Shown here: positions 11,473 to 25,300 of the stretch, piece after piece | Layout: each line of letters opens with the position of its first letter | Numbering within the stretch: the first letter of the stretch is position 1 | From: Chara braunii | Lineage: Eukaryota; Plantae; Charophyceae | Direction of reading: 5' to 3' | Length of the DNA: 64,000 nucleotides | Assembly (NCBI GenBank): GCA_003427395.1 | Contig: BFEA01000027.1 | Location: 3,077,181 to 3,141,180, forward strand | Made by a program: the position numbers and the translations under genes | The notes under the pieces: generated by a model | The model's input: only the letters and a program-made list of their open reading frames with translations | Databases searched by the model: none | Told to the model about the DNA's origin: nothing

Positions 11473-14324
11473 ATGGATCTGCGTATAGTATCTTGGAATG
11501 TGCACGGGCTGGGTATGGTGCTGGACAACCAAGACAAGTGGGACACCTTGTGCATGATGTGGATTGGTTCGGCCCCGCCCCGCCAGACATCCTTCGCATC
11601 CAGGAGACCCACCTCATGGACTCCCTTGAGCACACAGCAATTCGAAGAGAGATTGAGTGAAGACTACGGTTGGTAAGAGAGGCCACCTGGGCCCCCGGCC
11701 CAAGCCCGACATCCTTTGCATCCAGGAGACCCACCTCATGGACTCCCCTGAGCACACAGCAGTTCAAAGAGAGATTCAGCGGACTGCGGTGGGTAAGAGA
11801 GGCCACCTGGGCCCAGCCCCGAGCCCGGGTTCCGAGGGCACGGCGATCTTGCTGCGCCCCAGATCGCGGGCGGCACATAGAATGGCTCAAGAGAGGATAA
11901 CCGCGGATAGAAGAGAGGGGCGGTGGGCTGTGCTAGATTTTGAAATCGCTGATGAAGATTTTCAGGTGTTTTCTCTTTACGGTCCCAGACCAGCAGCGCA
12001 GAATCGAGCCTTTTTTGGAACAGATTTCTCCGTGCGGTATGCAAGCTCACGTGATCTTTGCGGGAGACTGGAACGTGGTCGTGGACCCGCAGTGGGACAG
12101 GCTAAGAACTGGGGTCCTTGATGCCACCGGGTCGGCGGACGTCAAGACATTACCAATACATGACTTCATGGTAGAAAGGATCTGATACACCCCTTTTTAA
12201 CGCTGCGACCGGAGGATAGAGTTTTCACCTATGCCAAGCGCAATAGGACTCTAGCATCTTTTGGCCTCAAGAATAGATTGCTTTCTAATTTTCAACTCCC
12301 TGACGCCTGCGGTCCACTCGACGGAAGTGGGAGCCCTCCTGGCCTTCATGGGACTGGACCATTATCATTAGGGATGCAGTCGTGGAAGCATGTTTCGAGC
12401 AAGACCGTGCTGCAGGGACCTTTCTGGACCTGGTGAACAGACTGTCCCAAAGCGCTTCAGAGGCTTCTTGGATCTTGGCTGCCAAGAGAATGGAGAGGCT
12501 GCATAATATGCAGACAGAGGCAAGAATAGCTGAGAGGAAACTACTTGACTGCCCCGACAATGCCATATATGAGCAGGCCTTAGATGAGGCAAGGCAAGAG
12601 CTGGCGGTGTGGCAAAAATGGCAGATGAATGGGCTCCGGTTGAGAGCGAGAGCATGGGAACTGAGTCAAGGCGAGCGCATGAGCAGGCATTTAAAAGACC
12701 AAGGCTAGGGCCAGCGGAACCATCATAGAGAAGCTGCAGGGCCCCGGGGGCACGACCTCCAACCCCAAACGCATGTTGGAACAGGCAGCAGACTTCTTCA
12801 GGCAGCTATACACCTCCAGGGAAACTGATCACCCGCCGGATGTTGTCAATGGGGCGAGGCGGAAATTCCTGCGAAACCTAGATAAGACCTTGTAGACGGG
12901 GCAAACACAATTGCTTGACAGACCGATCACGGCAGAGGAGGTCAGAGCGGAGCTTGTGGCGCTTAAACCTAACAAAACCCCTGGTGGTGACGGATTGTCA
13001 AAAGGAATATTGGCAGAACTTTTGGCCGCTCTTTGAGCAGGAGTCTCTGATGTACCTGCAACGGAGCGAGCTGAGAGAAGGTCTGGGGGAGAGCATCAGC
13101 ACCGGCATTGTCATGCTGGTTTATAAAAAGGGTGACCCTACGGACATAAAAAACTACAGGCCCATCACGCTCCTATAAGGTGCTGGCGAAGCTGCTGGCC
13201 AACAGACTGAAGGATGTAACGAGTCACTGCTTTCATATAGACCAAATAGGATTCATACCCGGGAGATTCATCCTCAACAATGTCATGACAATATCAGAGT
13301 CAGCGAGGCACATCACGAACAAGAGAATGAACGCAGCCATCCTCTCCTTCGACTTTGAAAAGGCCTACGATCAGGTCAACTGGAACTTCCAGCAACAATG
13401 CATGCAAAAGATGGGCGTTGGACCTGGTTTCCAGCATTGAGTAAGAGTGCTCTACAGCGATGCGCACGGTAGAGTGCAGCTTAATGGATTTTTGTCAAAG
13501 GCTTACAAGACTAGATCGGTTCAGCAGGAGGATCCGCTCGCTGCCCCCCACTTCTTGTTCACAATGGAAGCAATAGCTTCCTTTCTCAGAAAGGATCCCT
13601 CCATCGATCGCCTTGTGGAGGACGGTACCAGCAGTGCTGCTGAGCGTCTGCTCTCCACAACGCTACTCTTTGCAGACAACCTCACGGTCCTCATTAGAGC
13701 CTTAGATTCCTCCTTCCAAGCGCTCACCAGGACAACGCAGGCATTCCAGTCGGCGGGAGAAATGTGTTTCAATTGGTCCAAAACAGTGAGCTGGTGGATA
13801 GCCCGGCCTCATAGCCACCCTGGCTGCAGTGGCAGAGAGGAGATGAGCCATTCTGTTACTTGGGTATACATATGACGGACACGGGACCCTCTGGGACCCA
13901 GTTGTCCGAAATCTTCCCCAAGATGCTGGTCAAAATGGAGAAATGGTCTGGAATCTACACCTCTGTGTTTGGGCGGGCTTTTATCCTTAACTCATCCGAC
14001 TTCCCCATGATATGGTACGCTGGCACAGCGTGTAACCTGGGCGACACGGAACGGTGTCCCCTCCGACACAAAGCGGTGGCCTACCTGTGGTCCGCAGACA
14101 AAGTGACCTGGAGGCACATGGTCCTTCCAACGACGGATGGAAGTTTGGGCGTCATAGACCCGGATCATCAGATGAGTGCACTGCAGACAAATTGGATTGT
14201 CAGGCTGATCGAGCAGACCCATCTTCCGTGGTGTACCCTGGCAATTCAGCAGATCATCAGTCTCCCAGCTTACACAACGCCTCATAACATACAGGGTCTC
14301 TTCCGGCTCATGGCCAAATCCTAG
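11473..14324 (+). pseudogene. LINE ORF2: apurinic-like endonuclease + reverse transcriptase, many stops/frameshifts
   Basis: EN: LRIVSWNVHGL, DILCIQETHL, SLYGP, AGDWNVV. RT: KGDPTDIKNYRPITLL, QIGFIPGR, FDFEKAYD, QQEDPLA (=QGDPL), LLFADN (=YADD), FNWSKT. Includes a 122-bp internal tandem duplication (11586/11708). Confidence 0.92.
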
Positions 14325-14640
14325 TTGACATCCGCGACTGGAATTTCCACGACCATGGCTAACAGACATGTAAATGATCAAGAGGCACATCACAACAACA
14401 CCCGCGACTGGAATTTCCACAACCTTTATTTACGTCCAACAACAACTTTTCCCAAGGACATGTACACCAACATTGTTAGGCGCAACCTCCGCTGCTTGAG
14501 AACGTTAAAAACTCTTTTCCTTTTGTTTTAACGTTGAGAACTCTGAAACAATAAACGAACCTCAGTTTCGACCATTGAACAAAGATCGGCACAAGAAAAA
14601 CACACCCACTTCCTGAGATGCAAAAAAAAAGGCAAAAGAG

Positions 14641-15295
14641 CATGGCTGTGCCGGCAACCGGCCGGTTGGACCCCCGGTGGTCCAACCGGAATTCCGGCTG
14701 GGCCCAAAAGTGGGGCGAAAATAAATAAATAAATAAAATTGAAAGCAGGTTTGGACAGCGCTCGCCGACCGCAAAGAAAACTTCGAACAGAGAAGTTTCG
14801 TTTGGGGGGTTAGGGGGTCGGAGGGGGGGGGTATTTCAGGGGTTGACGGTCGGCGGTTGGGGAGTTCATGGTGATGGTGTTAGTGGTGAGGTCTCAGCAA
14901 GCACGGGCTTCAGCAGACATTGACAACAACGTACCTGGCTTTCTGCAAACGTCGACCGTCCGCCCAAAAACTTTGCAAAAGGGGGCTGGGGTGTCTGTGG
15001 CAGGGTAGGGACGGGACTTCCCACCCAAAAACTTTGAAAAGGGGGGTGGGGATGATAGTGTTAGGGGGTGCTTGTCACTGCTGTCTGGTCCAAGTTGCCC
15101 TCGATGCTGGTAGAGCGATGGTCCTGAGTGCTGGTCACACTGAGGTAGGATATTAGGTGTAGGGGGTGCACTGGGAGCTTAACATAGGGAAGGGTAGGGA
15201 AGGTGGCTTATACTGTCAGGACAACAACCGGCTGCCGCTGCCAGCGATCACCGTGGGTCTATTCCTTGGCCTCTACAACACCCTGGGCTTTTAAA

Positions 15296-15326
<31 letters not shown>

Positions 15327-15438
15327 TTTGATGTGCTACGGCCAACAGGGGGGGAACAGGCCCGATCGACCGGCCGGTAGGACCGGTCCGGTTCCGGTTG
15401 GGGGAGGGGCCCCCTGTCCTACCGGGTTTGCAGCACTG
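14641..15438. mobile_element. hAT-like non-autonomous element, copy 1
   Basis: Inverted homolog of 19392-20335; subterminal AACCGG/CCGGTT repeats; degenerate 8-bp TSD CAAAAGAG/GAAAAAAG. Confidence 0.75.
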
Positions 15439-16668
15439 GAAAAAAGAACAGAATGCAAAGCCATATCCCGGTCAAAAAGCCCACAAATGAGGCAAGGGTA
15501 GGAAACCCAAAAGAACCAAAACACAGCCTTCAAAAACTTGGGCACTCTCTCCCATAAAGGCTCTGGTTATTACCAAAAATTGAAGAATCAGAATTGGCCA
15601 ACTTGTTAAATGGGTTACAACACGCAATATCAACACCCTCCCAAGTGAACTTCGAAAATGGATCAATTTCCACCACTAAAAGAAAATCCCCATCGCTGCA
15701 CGCATATTCCGCCACGTGCACAAATACGCATGTGGATTTTGCCTGGACCACATTTCCACATGTCTGTCGAATCGACAACATTCCCCATAACCACGACCGG
15801 GCTCCACCTGCTCCTCTGTTACAACAAATCTTCTACTGCACACGAGTGCACACAACTGTACCGTGAAGAGATGAGCGTCACCACCTGACAAGACCCACCG
15901 TTCCATTCCTTATACACATGCAATCGGGAAGATGACAGTCACAACCACCACTCCTGCAGAAGCCGTGGAATTCGGACACTTCCACGCCATGCCCGCAATC
16001 GCCACGTGCTCCGAATCTCTTTTCACCAGATTCTTCATGATTTGCCCATCCTAGCCATGTTCTTCTCACCCCTGACGATCCCAAGCTGGGGACCGGCTGA
16101 AACGTGCGTAGGGTCTCTCTCGCGTGTGCGTGTCAGCGTCACTTTCTTCTTCTCTTGCTGATGATCTTGCATGCACCACGAACTCCCACGAGCTTTATCT
16201 CCTTCCGCCAGTCAAATGCCTTGTCGCATCTGCCACCTAAGCGCTATTTCCGCCCAGGGGAAGTGGGGCTCCCTGCAAATTACCCGTAACTCTGTTGTGT
16301 TTCGCATCATTTATGACGATGACCCTGGCGTCATCCTGAGACAGAATACACCACGTAGCATAGACTGCTTTGACGCTCAAGTACCAGCGCCTTCCAAAGT
16401 GAAACCCTCCTAATTTGCTGCAAGGCAAGGGAAACAGAGAATCCTACATGATGAAGTAACAAAACATTCGCGAACGTTAGCAATTTCATCTCATTCCCAA
16501 TTGAAACTTCTCAAAGAAGACAGAAACCGGTAGGTAACAACGATGGGTCTGTCTACAACCCCTACCTTGCTCTACACTCGCCTGGATAAGCTGAGCACCA
16601 CGCTTTAAGCAGGGTCGACAGCCGCTTCGGCAACCTGCATCCAGCACGAGACCCTTGCCGGTCAACTT

Positions 16669-16876
16669 CTAGATCGTCCAGAATTCCTTCCTGCAAACTA
16701 AGACCTCCTCGGAAGCAACTGATCGATGATCGTCAGAGAAAGACTGACAATTCCATCGCATCAGCTTGGCGGCATTTGCTACCCTCTCAACTACATAGTC
16801 AAGATCACGGACAATTACAACTCCATTGGGACGAAGGATGCGGTCCATCTCCAGCATAACATCCGTCAGCTCGCAT
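16669..16876 (-). CDS. PMT methyltransferase, terminal exon
   Basis: ttttgcAG acceptor at 16877-16878; [18 protein letters not shown]...EFWTI then TAG stop. Confidence 0.93.
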
Positions 16877-17693
16877 CTGCAAAAGTCCATTTCAAGTACA
16901 TAGCAAGGACCAAACAGCAGCAGTTAGCCTGATAAAAGCCAAGGCAATTTGAGAGAGTGTGTTCAGGTATTGGAAAAGGTCACATCCACCACTGCAAATA
17001 TCGATTTCATTTTCAGAATCCATAACTCGACCAAAGCGGGTGTGAGGAATGAGCCTCACAGCAGCCGCTAGACCGCAGCCTTCAGATGCCCAAGGGGGCC
17101 CCCAGCATGCAAGGTGCCTGCCCAGGCATGGGGCCCCATTTTTGTCATTTCTGCGTTGTTGGGCGCCAGACAGTTACCAAGTTGGTTACACAGTCCCTGC
17201 TCGTGAGCCTGGGAGGCCACGCTGCTGCGCTGCCTGCAGGTAGGCTACCAGGGCGGTAGGGCGCTAGCCAGCCAGAGGCGTATGCGGGCACTGGGAGGTG
17301 AGAGGGGCGCTGTGGTGACAGCGGGTGCATGGCAGCCATAGCCGGGCTGCTGGGGCGCATGCCGGTGGGCGATGGTGTTCTTCGGGTGTCGGGGATGCAC
17401 ACTGTGGGGAGACAAGAGGTGAGGTGAGGGAGGTGAGACAAGTGCCTGATGTATGCTGGCAGTTTGCATTGCCGACGTCAGCACGTACATTGGTCTTCAA
17501 CTTGAAGTGACTCCTGTTGCATATACGTAGAGTAGGCTAGAACAGTAGCTGAGTTTTTTAGGCTGGGTGCTGTGCGCCAATCAAGCACAGCGACATCAGA
17601 TACTACGGTGGTGTACGGAGAAGTGTCGACATTGACATCTGATTTCATTGTATTCCTCTTATTTGGCTGGTATCTCAGTGCATTGCGCTTTCT

Positions 17694-17752
<59 letters not shown>

Positions 17753-17757
17753 NNNNN

Positions 17758-17794
<37 letters not shown>

Positions 17795-20700
17795 CACAAA
17801 TACACACACACACATGCATGCAGCACGGTGTTGGGGTCAAACCAATAAAGCGCTTGAGTCATCGATGCTCAAGCTGAGTATCTGAGGATTGCCAGAGAGG
17901 AACGCCCTCTTCTACTGAAATAGATACAGGGAGGAGACCCTGCTTTCACCACTATATAGGCACTGCAGGCCTCCATTTGTTTAAATTAATCATTCGAACA
18001 TTCTCATAAAAATGATGTTATTTCTTAAATCAAATAAGACAGCACAATACACACCATCTTTCACATTCGGCAAGGAGTGGGGTGAGACACTGAAAGGAGT
18101 GGTCGGCAGGAGGGAGGACTGGCTTCTCGTCTCACCTGTGACCTTCTGCACTGAAAAGGCCGGCAGCATGCAACATGTCGTATGTTCTTGGGTATGTTGA
18201 AAAAGCTTCACACCTGAACAACAAGAGCCATGGATCCGAAAAGCAGAAATCCAGAAGACACCTTTTAAGAGAGAGCTCTTGTGTGCACCAACTCCCCATT
18301 GCTGTCTATAGGTAGAGACCCCGTACAGGTCTCGAAGTACTACATACATTGATTATCAATTGACGGCCTTTAACCACCACTACACGCCCCAAGCGAAAAC
18401 AATTAGTAGTTTGCCTACATCAAAAACTTTCGGAGGCGCAAGGCTACATCCAAAACTGAGTGAGTTTGCAGACGTCCAAAAAGAAAAGAAATCGCACTCG
18501 CACCAGTTCGTTCTATTTGGCATGCCGCGTGATTTCAGATAGGTAAAAACAGCCTCAGACATAGTGGTTCTTTAAACCGCCAGTCCATCTGAAACTACTG
18601 TTCATCAAAAACTCCTATACGAATACGAGTCGTGCAACCGTAGGGAAGGGCTGGTGCGCCCACCAAAAAAAGGTACCGCCGCAGGACTAGAAATGATGAA
18701 TCATAGGGGGTGTAGATTAAGCAAAGAACTTATCAAAGAGAACCTGAAATAAATAACTAACCAGGTGGCTTCTTTTTGTTTTTCTTCTTTTTCTTTTTCG
18801 TTCTTCTGCTGTTGGAAAACCACCCTCCCAGCTCAGCAGAGCGGATTTGGTGACTAATTTAGCGAGGTCCAATTTTCACATCATACTTCACACTAGGACG
18901 TGTGGCCAATGATTAATGTCAGATACACTTGGGAAGTGTTAGTGTTAGTAAGCCCTCAGTTGAGATTGGGGGGGAATTCTGGCCCTGTTTCTGTTTTGCT
19001 TATCTTTATTTAATAAGATGGCAACAGCCTTAAGCTACCGGTACATGGTCCCAGGGAACGGAAAAACAATGACTGGGTCAATCCGAAAAGTTTGGAGGCT
19101 CCGGGCAACTAGACCAAAACGGCGCACGGCACCAGTCAAAACGAAAACACGCAAAAACGCTGCGCTGGTGTTTTGGCACATCGTGGGGTGCAAGGGGAAT
19201 CCACCTCATACAAATGAGGCTTGGATGTACTAGTGGTTTAAAATATCATCTAGTTCATCCTGATTTGAACTCGGCTGTGTTTCAACGGTTCATCGGTATA
19301 CCAACTGAGCTAGGCCCTGTTCCACAAGATTCCGCACATAAAAAACAAAACACAGACAAAAAAAAACAAACAGAAAAAGTAGACAAGAAAGCAAGGTTGC
19401 AAACCCGGTAGGACCGGGGGCCCCTCCCCCAACCGGAACCGGACCGGTCCTACCGGCCGGTCGACCGGGCCGGTTCCCCCCGGGTTGGCCGTAGCGCATC
19501 ATTTTTTAGGCCCAGGGTGTTGTAGAGGCCAAGGACTAGATCCCCGATGATTGCTGGCAGCAGCAGTTGGTGGTTGTGCTGACAGGATAGGCCACATTCC
19601 CTACCCTTCCCCACGTTAATGCTCCCAGCGCACCCCCTATCCCTACTATCCTACCTCAGTGTGACCAGCACTCAGGACCATCACCATAACCGTATCGAGG
19701 GCAACTTGGACCAGACAGCAGTGACAAGCACGCCCCCTTTTCAAAGTTTTTGGGCGTGAAGTACCGTCCTTACCCTGCCAGTAACACCTCCAGCCCCCTT
19801 TTCAATTTTTTTGGGTGGAAGGTTAACGTTTGCAGAAAGCCAGGTACATTGTTGTCAATGTCTGCTGAATCCATTGGTTGCTGAAACCCCTCCACCAACA
19901 CCCTCACCNNNNNNNNNNNNNNNNNNNNNNNNNNNNNNNNNNNNNNNNNNNNNNNNNNNNNNNNNNNNNNNNNNNNNNNNNNNNNNNNNNNNNNNNNNNN
20001 NNNNNNNNNNNNNNNNNNNNNNNNNNNNNNNNNNNNNNNNNNNNNNNNNNNNNNNNNNNNNNNNNNNNNNNNNNNNNNNNNNNNNNNNNNNNNNNNNNNN
20101 NNNNNGAAACTTCTCTGTTCAAAGTTTTCTTTGCGGATTCGGGGAGATCTCAGCGAGCACAGTCCAACCATGTTTTCAAAAAATAAAAAAAATAAAAAAT
20201 TGACCCACTTTTGGGCCCAACCGGAATTCCGGTTGGACCACCGGGGGTCCAACCGGCCCGGTTGGACCACCGGGGGTCCAACCGGCCCGGTTGGATCCAG
20301 CCCGGTCCAACCAGCCGGTTGCCAGCACTGCCATGCAAGAAAGGATATAAAACGGACGGGCAGGCCGCCATGACAAGGCCTACCTGCATGTCCTTTTGTC
20401 ATACACTACCATTTCATTTTTGCCAACTCGCAGTACCGGTGAAAAACACCCTTGTGTGCTTCACTTTTCATGACTGACAATTTTGGTTGGGACGGACTGT
20501 CAGTGATGGACTGTTGATTTAGCATTACTCCCCAGACCACTGGACATCACCCAGCACACAATTACTTCGATGACTGCACTTTTCCCTCAAACATTACCCA
20601 GCGCACAATTACTTCAATGAGAAGACAGGATAATGCAATGCAGCTCGTATATCGAACCTATATACCCACAACGGGCCACAAGCCTAAATTTTCCAACTAC

Positions 20701-20808
20701 AGCAAATCAAATGCTTCCCCCCCTTGTCCGAAAGTCAGAAACCCCTCACAAGTGACCATGACATACTTTCCAATCTGGCATTGCTGAATATTCCACAACA
20801 CGTTAAAT

Positions 20809-20844
<36 letters not shown>

Positions 20845-22309
20845 CGTTAAATGAACTTCAATCTTATCCAATTATACTCCACCAAAGTCCCGAATCGATG
20901 CAAATATATTTCAATCCACTGGAACGAGCAAACAAAGAATCTTTCAGGCCGCCAGAGATTATTTTTTTTGTCTTCTAAGCAAAGTCTGACAGCCCATACT
21001 CTCAACAAACTAGCTTTAAATCTGAAAGCGCCGGCACACTTCAGGTCAAAACAAATGCACCAAACATCAGGGTAGTCACGCCGACGGTCGGCGGCCCTGG
21101 ACCCGTCGGCTGCCGACCAGCCGACGGTAGGCACCCCGCAACCCAAAAAAAAAAAAATCTTTTTTTTTTTGGGTCCAGAACCCCAAATAACCCCATCCAC
21201 AGCCCCATAGCCCCCCCCAACACCCCCATACACCCCCCCAACACCCCCATACCGCCCCCTAACACCCTCATAACCCCCCCTTAACCCTATAGCCCCCTAT
21301 ACCTCCCCCTAACACCCTCATGCCCCCCCTTTTACCCCCTACAACCCCCTGTAACCGCCCTCCCCCTATAACCCCCACCACCCCCCAAAAAAATTATTGC
21401 AGATTTGGGCTGCTCTCCTCAAGCCGCACACGACCATGTAATCAGAAAAAAAAAAATTAGGCAGTCTGCCGACCGCCGACGGGTCCACCTACGGGTCGGC
21501 CCGACTGGTAGGCGCACCTACCACCTACGGTACGCGTAGGCGGTAGGCGCCAAAACAACCCTGCCAAACATGTATTTAAACCACCAGTACACGCTACCCT
21601 GGAGGCTTTCCACTGCACGCCAAGCTTTGCCAATCCGCCAGCCACACACTTTTTCCCTTTTTTGGCTGGGACCGCCAGCCATTGCGGTCCAGTAGGGCCG
21701 AGGTGCAAAATTTTCAGAGTAGGCGACAACACATTTCCTGCATGGCTGGGACCGTGTAGTGGCGGTTGTTTTGTCATCTAGTCACACCGGTCTCTAAACC
21801 TTTAAGGAGTTCAGAGACCAGCATTGCGGACCAGCATTTCAGAACCAGATAGTCTACGAGAGCGTAATAGAGCCAACCAAGAACGTTCCAAACCAGCCAA
21901 AAACGTTCCATGAGAATTACATTCAAGGCCCCTTGGGGCTAAAGGCAGGCAGGACCAGCAGACTTACCAATCATGATACGTGCCGATCAGGCCCCGATCA
22001 AACACCGCACCAAGGGTATTCATGCCATACGTTGAAACAACATTCATTGTCCAAACAGGCATGTCAATAAGGGCCGCAGCAAAGCTTCCATATCCGGCAT
22101 TCATGTCCATCACGTTGCGAATCTTGTTGCTCCCCAGCTCACCTACAACTGTCTGCAAAATAAACACAGTAACATTCTTGTTACTCGCAAAGTCAATGCT
22201 AGCAATGCGGCAAAATCACTCCACACCAGCACTCTGTTCCACATGAATAAAGCAAGGAGGTAGCTTTACCAACTCCAAAGCACCCACTAGGAACTGTCTG
22301 GAGTATAAG

Positions 22310-22390
<81 letters not shown>

Positions 22391-25300
22391 TCTCTTGCTC
22401 GGTCTGTGTAGTGCATGCATTTGTGCATGTGTGTGTCGTCAGGTTCGCTCCAACTCCACATAAAGGCATGACTGTGCCAGACTGTTTTGTCAGACTTTCA
22501 CAGAATCATCAGGATGTTGAACCTCAGCAGTTTCATCTGTTCTCTCAGAAATGCTCCTCCATTCACGAATGAGAAACCTGTGGAGGGTACGCACCCTCGG
22601 CATGCCCGTGAGGGACCCCGACAGCAAGCATGAGCCCGCCCTAAGTGAAGGCGAGCCCCCGAATTTACAACGAGGCCTGAGTTTGTCAATTTTGCAAAGC
22701 TTTGGTGGGTGCTAGACAGTTGCCACACGCCAGTTGGTTACATCCGCCTTGCTTGTGAGAATCAGAAATATTTGTGCGCCTTCTAGGCTCTTCCAACGTG
22801 TGCCTGGGTGGTTGGGCATGCCTAACCAATTCGGTCCCAGGCCACTGTCTGAATGGGCCTGGCCACAGACACTTTGGCCCAAGCTAGAGGGCACACACGC
22901 GGCCCAGCCAGGCAGCAAACTGGGCAAGCACTTTCCATATAGGAAAAGGCTTGCCACTGGTGGGGACATTCGGGCAGTTGCGAGTGCATGCACCAGCGCT
23001 GTTGGAGCAAGTGCTTGTGTGCTGCTGCGCTAGCGCAAAAGCCTGGTCGCACGCGGGCGTCTGTGGAAGCAGGGCACTGCAAGGTGGCAGCGCCATAGCC
23101 AAGCCCTCCATAGCCGTGCTTGGCTTGGACGAAGGTCAGTGGGGGATTGGCAGTGATCTTCAGGTAGAGAGGAGACATGGGAGAAGAAAACAAGGGTGAG
23201 CATGAGAAGGAGAGATGAAGGGGGTGATGTTATTGCACGTACCTGGTCTTGGGGGACGCCTACGTGGTCGACATCTGCACGTACTTCGGTTGCTGTTGCT
23301 GACGTCAACGGGTTGCTTGTCATTTCGTAGCTAGTGCATAGCTGTAGGATAGTAGTCTGGGCGCTAAGCGCCATTAGGAGGAAGAGCTTCGATTGCATTG
23401 TTGGTGGTGGCGAGAGGATCCTTTCATTGACAATTGATTTCGCTGCTTGGGTTCTCCTTCGGTGTAATATCAGTGCATTTCTGCTTTCTGGACAGCGTTT
23501 CGACTATCTTGCTTTCAACGTGATTTTGCAATCTGGAATTCTGTCATTTCGCTACTGCTCATTGACGTTACAATGGTATCGGAGCTCGTTCGAGCCGCTC
23601 CGCTGGCGCCATTGGAATAGCTGTTTGGCGCTTCGACGTTGGATTGCGAGACAGTGATAAGGCTCGTGCCTTGGGTGATTGGCGGCCCTGGGTCATGAGG
23701 GCACGCCAGGAAGGCTATGTGTCAACATAGGGGTGCACGCTGGATGATGAGAGCTTGCTGACGTGGCATTTAAGCCACAGTGGAACTACATAATATTGTG
23801 GGTTGTGTCGAGGCACCGACCGGTCATCATAAATGCACGTCAGGTTACTGATGAGAAGTCTGTGGTTGGGGGCAGCAGTCTGAGGTGAAGTTGCTTCTTA
23901 CCTTATCTACCCTCTTTGTCGCTTCTTATCGTGAGGAAGTGAGTCTTGTCTTGAGAGTCCTCTCATTGTGAAGTGCCGCGAGCACTCAACCTTGAGAGTC
24001 AACATTCTTCCTGGGGAGCATGCTGGTGGGAGACGGGAGTTGCCTCTGAAGGCCCCTGGACGACACACTTGGGTCATGGTCACCATGCCAAACCACTGGG
24101 AGAAGAGCACGCATGCTTTGTCGCTGAGTCCTTCCATCTGCTTTGCTGCGCTGTAGAGGTCGTGTTGGGCAGGCCAGCCCTATGAGGGAGAGATGAGTAC
24201 TGGACCGTCTATAAAGAGACTTCGGCGGGGATACACGACTCGCGCTGTACGCAAGTATAAAAATAGTACGGACGGGGCTGGCCAGTTCTGCATCGATCTG
24301 AGGCACAGGGGTGGGCTGATTGCATACCTTCCGACAAGCTGCTCAACCAGAGCTCTAGGGAAGTTGACACTCAGTGACAATTCAATAGAGATTGAGGGGG
24401 GGGGAAGATTCCAGTAGACTGCTCAATTGTTAATTCTTGTTTATTTCCATTCAGCTTGTGTTCCACACTTCCAGCAAATGATTTTTTTTTTAATTTATTA
24501 GTTAGTTGTTACGGACTCTGCTGACAGACTGCTGCAGGTAACATGGAAATTTATTCTTGGCTGCATTGCAATCTGTTACAGACTAGTCAAGTAGGAGTAG
24601 AATTGTTTGTAGGAGTCTGAGCTTATCTGCTGTACCGCTCGACTACTTCCTGACATTTCTGGACCGGACAATTATTATTTTTTTTTTTTTTTAAGAACCG
24701 GTTGGATGCCACACTGCGGTAGGTCCCAGCGAGGACAATAGTGCAGATCGCATGTCACCCATAGCTCATGAGTGAAGATAACAATGAGGTTGCGAGACTG
24801 GCCCAGGACGATAGGAGGGTTACCCGTAGACAGGCACTGCGTCGGCAGACCACTTCCTTGGTTTTAGAACCAAGAGAGGAAAGGAGACTGCGGAGAGAAG
24901 CCCAGGAGAGGAGACGTTTGCAAAGGGCACAGGCAGCAGCAGCCAAGGTAGAGAGAGTATTAGCAGCTGCGGCAGCAGCACAAGCTAGAGCTGAAGCGGA
25001 GGCAGCAATGGCTACCGCCTCTCCTATCTCACAGGCCTCTTCCCAGGCTACTTCGTCAGGTGTAAGTCAGGGTACGTCCCAAGCTACCGTCAGTCAGTCT
25101 GCTGGCTTGCAGACCAGCCAGCAGCAATCCATGTCAATAGAGGATTTGGAGATCCAACAATCGAACTTCACGATGAGTTAGGTGCCAGTTAAAGATGGTA
25201 GACGGTAGGAGAGATAGTGCCAAAACAAGAAAAGCTAGACTAGAGGCAAGGAGAGCGGAGTTAGGTAGGCCGGAAGCTTTCAACGAGTCCACACTTGATC

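Larger units (their letters stand above)
6648..14324 (+). mobile_element. Decayed L1/Tx1-type non-LTR retrotransposon (LINE), interrupted at ~8065-11074
   Basis: ORF1 remnants with a degenerate zinc knuckle (FRCRGRGHL) and NRFEIL motif, followed by ORF2 endonuclease and RT motifs (see ORF2 entry). Confidence 0.88.
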
